Source: an uncultured Opitutales bacterium (GTDB lineage: Bacteria > Verrucomicrobiota > Verrucomicrobiia > Opitutales > Intestinicryptomonadaceae). Taken from it: a stretch of DNA of 32,000 bases. The DNA lies in NCBI GenBank assembly GCA_934660865.1, contig CAKUIA010000018.1, positions 1-32,000 of the forward strand, in the 5' to 3' direction. The notes beneath the pieces were generated by a model. It did not search any database. It had not been told where the DNA came from and was given only the letters and a program-made list of their open reading frames with translations. The translations under genes and the position numbers were made by a program. This document shows, in pieces, positions 1 to 5,926 of the stretch. How positions within the stretch are numbered: position 1 is the first letter of the stretch; each line of letters starts with the position of its first letter.

Positions 1-500
1 CTAAACGCGCAGCTTAGCCACTCTTCGCATTCAGATACACTAAGCTCCGAAAAATTGCGTCTGGCAAATTCGGGTTTGGTTTTAATCAGCCTATTTCCAA
101 TACAGCGAATGTCGCGTATGGAATCTGGGCGCAAATGCTGTTTGCTTTTTAAATACATAGCAAACCCGTCGGCAAAGCTCATTTCTTTAGTACGAATATT
201 TCGCAAGCCAACTTCAATAACTTTTAAAACAAACTGCGCGTCGGTCAATTTGCTGTCGTTTGGTTTTGCGTCCAAAATATTCCTGACAAACCTTGCCGCG
301 TCTAACGCAGAAACATTTGCACCGTTTAACACCTCTTTTATCAATAGTTCCATTTTGTCCATCGTATTTAAAATACGAGTGTCAAGTAAAAATTTCCAAG
401 AAACTTTTTGATTGCTTTGAAATAAGCTACTTGGACGATTTAACCGAACATTTAGTGCACGTTTCTTTTTTGAAAGTCGGGGAGGCCCGTATTCGGACAT
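1..500 (-). CDS. Hypothetical protein, N-terminal part only (runs off the left edge). Its N-terminal region resembles the core-binding (SAM-like) domain of tyrosine recombinases/integrases.
   Basis: Absent from the supplied track because it is open at the window edge. Hand translation of the minus frame shows no stop from 500 down to 1, with a TAA (503..501) directly upstream of ATG 500. Candidate starts are ATG 500, 362 and 353. From 362 it reads MDKMELLIKEVLNGANVSALDAARFVRNILDAKPNDSKLTDAQFVLKVIEVGLRNIRTKEMSFADGFAMYLKSKQHLRPDSIRDIRCIGNRLIKTKPEFARRNFSELSVSECEEWLSCAF. The F..YL...L.P.SIRD.R....L......F.ELS..E.E.WL pattern is typical of integrase N-terminal domains. The catalytic domain would lie outside the window, so family assignment is tentative. 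Confidence 0.45.
   Translation of the reverse strand, partial: MSEYGPPRLSKKKRALNVRLNRPSSLFQSNQKVSWKFLLDTRILNTMDKMELLIKEVLNGANVSALDAARFVRNILDAKPNDSKLTDAQFVLKVIEVGLRNIRTKEMSFADGFAMYLKSKQHLRPDSIRDIRCIGNRLIKTKPEFARRNFSELSVSECEEWLSCAF
360..378. repeat. Left arm of a perfect 19-bp inverted repeat (plus strand CATCGTATTTAAAATACGA)
   Basis: The reverse complement of 360..378 is TCGTATTTTAAATACGATG, identical to plus strand 539..557. The arm is itself a 17-bp palindrome (TCGTATTT-A-AAATACGA, 362..378). Its outer 3 nt are the complement of the minus-strand ATG at 362..360. Confidence 0.9.
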
Positions 501-538
501 TTATTGTTATTCAAAGTATTGCAGCATGACAGCGCATA

Positions 539-557
539 TCGTATTTTAAATACGATG
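539..557. repeat. Right arm of a perfect 19-bp inverted repeat (plus strand TCGTATTTTAAATACGATG)
   Basis: Exact reverse-complement match to 360..378. The palindromic core is TCGTATTT-T-AAATACGA (539..555). The central base is T here and A in the left arm, so the two arms match exactly only as inverted copies. The outer ATG (555..557) is in frame with the downstream beta-propeller ORF. Confidence 0.9.
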
Positions 558-587
558 CTCATCTTAGGAATATCAATAGCAAGGAAA

Positions 588-1790
588 ATGATGAGATCAG
601 TAAAATTTATCTTTGGCGGAATACTTGTATTTTTAGTATGTTTTTCGGCTGCGGCATCTTTTGCCGAAAGCGATGTAAAAATAGGCGGGTTCGACAAAAC
701 TTTTAAAACCCATAATATTATGGGTGAAATTAAAAGCGTTGCCGTTTTGGAGAACGACAACATTGTAGTTGGCGGTTTTCTTTCTACCATAGACGATGTT
801 GTTTCGCAAAACCTTATGAGTTTTGAAAAAGACGGCGAATTTAAGATGTTCTACGATGTGGGACTAGGCCCGGTGCAAACGGTTTATAAGGTTTTTACAG
901 CCCCCAATAACAGGGTGGTTATTACCGGTAAATTTTTAAAGATTAAGGACAAGCCGAGCGCATATATTGCGATTTTCGACGAAAAAGGCTCTAATATGGA
1001 ATTTTCGCCCGCGCCTGGGGCGAACGGCGAAATATATGCCGTAGAGGCCGACAGAGACGGTATTTGGATTGCAGGCAAGTTTACCGCCTTTAACCGAAAA
1101 AACAGAACTAAAATTTGCAGGATAGATTACAATGGCGCTTTAGATAAATGTTTTAACCCGGATATAAAAATTTCGGGCGAAGTGTATACTTTACATTTTT
1201 TTAACGAGGTTTTGTTTGTTGGCGGCTATTTTGGCGGAGCGGGTCCTTGCGTGGAAATCAAAACTACCCATAAAAGCCTTGGCAGGCTTTTGTGGCCAAA
1301 AACGAAACGTGCATTTTTCGATTCGCCCTTTAACCATTGCGGCGCAAACGGCAAAATTTTAAAAGTTGTAAGCCAGGGCAACAACCACCTTTTGGTTGTT
1401 GGCCGCTTTTCGGGGTATGCCGCGGGCAAAGAGTCGAACATAAGAACGGGTGCACTTGTTAGGGTAAATGCAACTACGGGCATGTTAGACAAGTCTTTTA
1501 AAGTTTCGCCAATGTATATAGACGGTACTATAAACGACGTTCTTGTGCACCCAAAAGACGGCAAAATTATTATAGTCGGGCGCTTTACAATGGTAGGCGG
1601 CATAAAGTGCAATAGGGTAGCGCGTCTTAACCCCGACGGCAGTGTAGACCCAACATTCGACAGCAAAATAGGAGCCGACCACGAAGTTTTAAGCGTAGCG
1701 GTTCAAAAATCCGGCAACTTAATAATAGGCGGCAGCTTTAGAAACTACGACGGCGTAAAATGCGACGGCCTTGCCCGCATAAACTACTAA
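588..1790 (+). CDS. Secreted delta-60 repeat / DUF5122-type beta-propeller protein, paralog 1
   Basis: This is track ORF 504..1790 trimmed to ATGATG at 588, which is preceded by AAGGAAA. An in-frame ATG at 555 is an alternative start. The N-terminus MMRSVKFIFGGILVFLVCFSAAASFA-ESD is a signal peptide. Blade motifs recur, for example DGKIIIVGRFTMVGGIKCNRVARLNPDGSVDPTFD and NLIIGGSFRNYDGVKCDGLARINY, as in delta-60 repeat (TIGR02608/PF17164-like) proteins. Confidence 0.8.
   Translation: MMRSVKFIFGGILVFLVCFSAAASFAESDVKIGGFDKTFKTHNIMGEIKSVAVLENDNIVVGGFLSTIDDVVSQNLMSFEKDGEFKMFYDVGLGPVQTVYKVFTAPNNRVVITGKFLKIKDKPSAYIAIFDEKGSNMEFSPAPGANGEIYAVEADRDGIWIAGKFTAFNRKNRTKICRIDYNGALDKCFNPDIKISGEVYTLHFFNEVLFVGGYFGGAGPCVEIKTTHKSLGRLLWPKTKRAFFDSPFNHCGANGKILKVVSQGNNHLLVVGRFSGYAAGKESNIRTGALVRVNATTGMLDKSFKVSPMYIDGTINDVLVHPKDGKIIIVGRFTMVGGIKCNRVARLNPDGSVDPTFDSKIGADHEVLSVAVQKSGNLIIGGSFRNYDGVKCDGLARINY
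1531..1787. repeat. Direct repeat copy A (3' end of paralog 1)
   Basis: Hand alignment against 2976..3232 (offset 1445 bp) gives 7 mismatches in 257 bp, at 1577, 1580-1583, 1591 and 1625. The stretch 1626..1787 is a perfect 162-bp match to 3071..3232. Confidence 0.9.
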
Positions 1791-1816
1791 ATACAATAGC
1801 GCAATAAATAAACAAA

Positions 1817-3244
1817 ATGCACATAATTAGAAAATTTACAGCTTTTATAATATGCCTTTTATCGACAATATGTTTTGCCGAAGACGGCGTAAAAATAGGC
1901 GGCTACGACAAAACCTTTAAAGCGCATAGCATTGTAGGCAGTGTTAAATGTGTTGCAGTGTTGGAAAACGACAACATTGTCGTTGGCGGTTCTATTTCGA
2001 AAATAGACGGTATTCCCGTGACATCGGTGGTTGGGCTTGAAAAAGACGGTTTAGTTAAACGTCCTTACGAATTTGAATCTTATGTATATCGGAGGAAGAT
2101 TTCCAGCATCTTTTCGCTCCCCCACAACAGCTTTTTTATTGCTTTTAACGAAATTTACGATGGTGATTATAGAAAAAATAACAATATTATTTTGTTTAGA
2201 GAAGATGGCATTGGAACTTGTTTGCCCATACACCTTTACAGACAAAACGAAGTAAGTGCAATAGTTGCAAATGAAAAAAATATTTTTGTTGCTACAAACA
2301 GAGTCGGTTTTGACAAAAAGAAAGGCAAGGTACGAAGATCTGGACTTATTCATAGATGTAGCTACAACGGCGATTTGAACGGGCAATTTCGTGTGCCTGT
2401 TACGGTTAGCGGTGCCGTTAACACTTTGCAAATTTTTGACAACACATTGTATATTGGAGGACTGTTTAGGGGCATAACCGCAAACGAAGAAATTATGGGT
2501 AATGCAACACATTCTAACGCTACGATATCTAATACCCGGGAACTAGAAGACCCATTTGCATTTGCAGGCGACATTAAAACTTTGCATACAAGCAAAGACC
2601 CATTTGCAAGCGCGAGCAAAAGCCATACTTCATTTCAAAAGGCAAATATAGACCCTTTTGCGGATAATACAAAAAATATAAATACAAAAAAATATATGCT
2701 AAGCACCGCAGGCAGTATTAATTTGGCTAAAATTTCGCTTATAGACGACGGCAATTTGCTTAAGGTATGGCAATTTTCGACAAAATGCGGCACAGACGGC
2801 GAAATAGTAAAAGTTGTAAAACAAGCCCCCGACAAGCTTTTGTTGGCTGGTAATTTTACTTCCTTCGGCAGCAAAGGTTCGTTTATCAAAACAGACGGGT
2901 TTATAAGAATAGACGAAAATACTGCGGAATTAGATAAAAGTTTTAAGGTAACAAGAAAATATGTGAACGGGAAAGTAAACGACGTTCTTGTGCACCCAAA
3001 AGACGGCAAAATTATTATAGTTGGAGATTTTACAAAGGTAGGCGGCATAAAGTGCAATAGGGTAGCGCGCCTTAACCCCGACGGCAGTGTAGACCCAACA
3101 TTCGACAGCAAAATAGGAGCCGACCACGAAGTTTTAAGCGTAGCGGTTCAAAAATCCGGCAACTTAATAATAGGCGGCAGCTTTAGAAACTACGACGGCG
3201 TAAAATGCGACGGCCTTGCCCGCATAAACTACGGTGCTAAGTGA
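1817..3244 (+). CDS. Secreted delta-60 repeat / DUF5122-type beta-propeller protein, paralog 2 (carries a low-complexity DPFA insert)
   Basis: Has the signal peptide MHIIRKFTAFIICLLSTICFA-EDG. The N-terminal blade (VKIGGYDKTFKAHSIVGSVKCVAVLENDNIVVGG) and the C-terminal ~85 aa are homologous to paralog 1. It starts 26 nt after paralog 1 with no terminator between them, so the two are probably co-transcribed. Confidence 0.8.
   Translation: MHIIRKFTAFIICLLSTICFAEDGVKIGGYDKTFKAHSIVGSVKCVAVLENDNIVVGGSISKIDGIPVTSVVGLEKDGLVKRPYEFESYVYRRKISSIFSLPHNSFFIAFNEIYDGDYRKNNNIILFREDGIGTCLPIHLYRQNEVSAIVANEKNIFVATNRVGFDKKKGKVRRSGLIHRCSYNGDLNGQFRVPVTVSGAVNTLQIFDNTLYIGGLFRGITANEEIMGNATHSNATISNTRELEDPFAFAGDIKTLHTSKDPFASASKSHTSFQKANIDPFADNTKNINTKKYMLSTAGSINLAKISLIDDGNLLKVWQFSTKCGTDGEIVKVVKQAPDKLLLAGNFTSFGSKGSFIKTDGFIRIDENTAELDKSFKVTRKYVNGKVNDVLVHPKDGKIIIVGDFTKVGGIKCNRVARLNPDGSVDPTFDSKIGADHEVLSVAVQKSGNLIIGGSFRNYDGVKCDGLARINYGAK
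2976..3232. repeat. Direct repeat copy B (3' end of paralog 2)
   Basis: Matches 1531..1787 as described for copy A. The repeat ends exactly at the last shared codon (..ARINY), after which the two genes differ: stop in paralog 1, GAK-stop in paralog 2. Confidence 0.9.
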
Positions 3245-3274
3245 TGTATTCCTTGATATGGACGAAGTTTGTGA

Positions 3275-3298
3275 AATAGGCGAATACGCCTATTTTTT
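3275..3298 (+). terminator. Rho-independent terminator after paralog 2
   Basis: Stem ATAGGCG (3276..3282) pairs with CGCCTAT (3287..3293) around a 4-nt loop, followed by a T-run. It overlaps the stop codon of the convergent DUF486 gene. Confidence 0.6.
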
Positions 3299-3631
3299 AT
3301 AGAACACGAAAAAGACGGCAAGTATCATTAGCGCGAAGCCTACTAGGTAGTTCCATTTTATTTCTTCTTTCATAAAAAATATGGTAAAGAAGATGAATAC
3401 CGTTAAGGTTATGGCTTCCTGCATAGTCTTTAGTTGCGCTACGTCGAAATACTTATGGCCGTAGCGGTTGGCGGGAACTTGAAAGCAATATTCAAAAAAC
3501 GCTATGCCCCAGCTTATTACAACAGCCAGCCATATGGGCCACTGTTTCGCCTTTAGGTGTCCGTACCATGCAAAGGTCATAAACACGTTTGAAATTGTAA
3601 GCAATAAAACTATGGGTAGCCACTTTGTCAT
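3290..3631 (-). CDS. Small DMT-superfamily membrane protein (DUF486-like)
   Basis: 113 aa with about 4 hydrophobic helices. The N-terminal LTISNVFMTFAWYGHLK motif is characteristic of the DUF486 family. Its start overlaps the IclR gene stop in ATGA (3631..3628), indicating translational coupling. Confidence 0.75.
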   Translation of the reverse strand: MTKWLPIVLLLTISNVFMTFAWYGHLKAKQWPIWLAVVISWGIAFFEYCFQVPANRYGHKYFDVAQLKTMQEAITLTVFIFFTIFFMKEEIKWNYLVGFALMILAVFFVFYKK

Positions 3632-4419
3632 TTTTTATAGCCAAGTTTTTTTGAAATTAGGGCTGCGGCCTGTTTTGTACCTTTAACCATTTTGTTGAAT
3701 TTGCCCAGCCTTGCCGACGGCGCCGAAACCCACAAAACCCCCTTAACTTTGCCGGAGGCGTCGAATATGGGGGCGGCGGCGCTTATTATGCCCCTTATGT
3801 ATTCTTCGTTGTCTACGGCGTAGCCTTGTGTTGCAATCATTTCCAATTCGGGCAAAACCTTGTAGAAATCTATTTTGTTAGACGGCCTAATGGCGTTTAT
3901 TTTTTCGATAATCTCCAGCATTTGGGGCTTGTCGTAGTTGGCCAAAATTGCCTTGCCCTGGGCCGAGGGATACAGCGGCGAGCTCATGCCTATATTGCCC
4001 ATAAAAATGAATTCGTCGTTGCCCGAAACCCTTTTAACAAGCACGCAGCTTGTTTGGTGCCTTACCCCAAGCATAACGGTTTCGCCGCAGTTGTCGCGCA
4101 GGTTTTCCATAATCTTTTCGCTTGCCGAGGCAATGTCTATGTCGGGCTCGCTCTTTTGGGCGCTTGTAATTTGCGCAACGCCCACCGCCTTTTTTGCCGC
4201 CGTATATTTTTTGTCGCTTTCCGAATATTCCAAAAAGCCCGCGTTTTTCAGCGAAACAACAATTCTATACATTGTGGTTTTGCCCGTGTCGAACGCCTTT
4301 AATATTTCGGGGAAGGCAAGCGGCTTTTGCGACTTTGCCACATACTCAAGCACCTGCAACGCCCGCATTAGGTTGGGTATTTCGTATTTTTTGTCGAAGC
4401 GCTGACGTTGTTTTGCCAT
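3628..4419 (-). CDS. IclR-family transcriptional regulator
   Basis: Track ORF 3628..4476 trimmed to ATG 4419 (MAKQRQRFDKKYEIPNLMRALQVLEYVAKSQKPLAFPEILKAFDTGKTTMYRIVVSLKNAGFLEY). It has an N-terminal winged HTH followed by a C-terminal IclR effector-type domain (..GIISAAAPIFDASGKVKGVLWVSAPSARL). Confidence 0.85.
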   Translation of the reverse strand: MAKQRQRFDKKYEIPNLMRALQVLEYVAKSQKPLAFPEILKAFDTGKTTMYRIVVSLKNAGFLEYSESDKKYTAAKKAVGVAQITSAQKSEPDIDIASASEKIMENLRDNCGETVMLGVRHQTSCVLVKRVSGNDEFIFMGNIGMSSPLYPSAQGKAILANYDKPQMLEIIEKINAIRPSNKIDFYKVLPELEMIATQGYAVDNEEYIRGIISAAAPIFDASGKVKGVLWVSAPSARLGKFNKMVKGTKQAAALISKKLGYKK

Positions 4420-4595
4420 GGGTATTTTTCCGCGTAAGTCTTTATATTTTTGCCTAAAATTTTTGCAAAGCAACAAAATAAATGGGCATTGTTTTTTACA
4501 AAGGGCGTTTTTTTAGGGTAAAAATACGCCGTAAAAAAGTGTTGAAAGTAGCCTTTATATTTATAGAGTATCTGCAAATTTTACATATACAGGAT

Positions 4596-5831
4596 ATGAG
4601 CGAAATAAAAGTACCACAAGGTGAAAAAATAACCATTGCCGCAGGCAAGCTTTGCGTGCCCGACAAGCCCATTATGCCCTTTATAGAGGGCGACGGTATT
4701 GGCCCCGACATTTGGGCCGCCGCACGCAGGGTTTTGGATAAGGCCGTAGAAAAGGCCTACGGCGGAAAAAGGCAAATTCAATGGTTCGAGGTTTACGCGG
4801 GCGAAAAGGCCTTTAAAAAGTTCGGCAACTGGCTTCCCGAAGAAACGCTTAAGGCGTTTAAGGAATATTTGGTAGGCATTAAAGGCCCGTTGACAACCCC
4901 CATAGGCGGTGGCATTCGCTCGCTTAACGTGGCCTTAAGGCAGGAGTTGGATTTGTATGTATGCCAGCGTCCCGTGCGCTATTTCGAGGGTGTAGACAGC
5001 CCCGTAAAGCACCCCGAGTTGGTCGACATGGTTATATTCCGCGAAAATACCGAAGACATTTATGCGGGCATAGAATTTCAAAACGGCAGTGCCGAAGTTG
5101 AAAAACTAAAGGCGTTTTTGAAGGAAAACTTCCCCGACAGGTTCAAGAAAATACGCTTCCCCGACTCGTGCTCGCTGGGCATTAAGCCCGTTTCGCAAGA
5201 GGGCACAAGCAGGCTTGTGCGCAGCGCGATAGAATATGCAATAAAGCAGAACCGCAAAAGCGTAACTTTTGTGCACAAGGGCAATATTATGAAGTTTACC
5301 GAAGGGTTCTTCCGCGACTGGGGCTACAAAGTTGCCCGCGAAGAGTTCGGAGGCGAAGTAATCGACAAGGGCCCATGGTGCAAGTTGCCAAACGGCATTA
5401 TAGTTAAAGACGTTATTGCCGACGCCTTTTTGCAGCAAATCCTTACAAGACCCGCCGAATACGACGTAGTTGCCACGCTAAACCTTAACGGCGACTATAT
5501 CTCCGACGCTTTGGCTGCCCAGGTAGGCGGCATAGGCATTGCCCCCGGCGGAAACATAAACTACCTTACCGGCCATGCCATATTCGAAGCTACGCACGGC
5601 ACGGCTCCCAAATATGCGGGACTAGACAAGGTAAACCCCGGTTCCGTGATATTGTCGGGCGAAATGATGTTCAGATACATGGGCTGGAACGAGGCCGCCG
5701 ACCTTGTAATTAAGGGGCTGGAAAACGCAATCGCCAGCAAATATGTTACCTACGACTTGGCAAGGCTTATACAGGGCTCTACCGAAGTTAAGTGCTCGCA
5801 GTTTGCCGACAAAATGATAGAGCTTATGTAG
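4596..5831 (+). CDS. icd: NADP-dependent isocitrate dehydrogenase
   Basis: Track ORF 4482..5831 trimmed to ATG 4596, preceded by ACAGGAT. The protein ([76 protein letters not shown]) aligns along its full length with E. coli-type Icd. Confidence 0.95.
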   Translation: MSEIKVPQGEKITIAAGKLCVPDKPIMPFIEGDGIGPDIWAAARRVLDKAVEKAYGGKRQIQWFEVYAGEKAFKKFGNWLPEETLKAFKEYLVGIKGPLTTPIGGGIRSLNVALRQELDLYVCQRPVRYFEGVDSPVKHPELVDMVIFRENTEDIYAGIEFQNGSAEVEKLKAFLKENFPDRFKKIRFPDSCSLGIKPVSQEGTSRLVRSAIEYAIKQNRKSVTFVHKGNIMKFTEGFFRDWGYKVAREEFGGEVIDKGPWCKLPNGIIVKDVIADAFLQQILTRPAEYDVVATLNLNGDYISDALAAQVGGIGIAPGGNINYLTGHAIFEATHGTAPKYAGLDKVNPGSVILSGEMMFRYMGWNEAADLVIKGLENAIASKYVTYDLARLIQGSTEVKCSQFADKMIELM

Positions 5832-5840
5832 CTTTTTTGG

Positions 5841-5876
5841 GGCGTTTGGCGAAAATAAACCGTCAAACGCCTTTTT
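5841..5876 (+). terminator. Rho-independent terminator after icd
   Basis: An 8-bp stem (GGCGTTTG 5841..5848 with CAAACGCC 5864..5871) is followed by TTTTT. Confidence 0.7.
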
Positions 5877-5926
5877 GCTTTTGGGGATTTTTTATACGAC
5901 AACAACCTACAACAAAAAAAATATAT

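Noticed and set aside
55-529. Plus-strand track ORFs 55..411 and 293..529
   Set aside because: Their translations are low-complexity with no recognisable motifs. They are shadows of the minus-strand ORF (1..500), which has an integrase-like N-terminal pattern and is open to the window edge.
452-790. Minus-strand ORF of 112 aa overlapping the start of propeller paralog 1
   Set aside because: It is antisense to a well-supported signal-peptide-bearing gene and has no motif or ribosome-binding site.
1531-3232. Diversity-generating retroelement (TR/VR pair) as an explanation for the 257-bp repeat
   Set aside because: The 7 mismatches are C/T, G/A, C/G and T/A changes, not adenine-specific substitutions. 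Both copies are coding 3' ends, and no reverse transcriptase gene is nearby. Gene conversion fits better.
4482-4595. N-terminal extensions implied by the longest-ORF calls (icd from 4482). The same applies to 504, 3628..4476, 5792, 8632, 10108, 14342, 19576, 28720 and 28799.
   Set aside because: Internal ATGs preceded by AGGA/GGAG-like sites give N-termini that match family consensus or proper signal peptides. The extensions are hydrophobic or basic junk that crosses terminators or intergenic hairpins.
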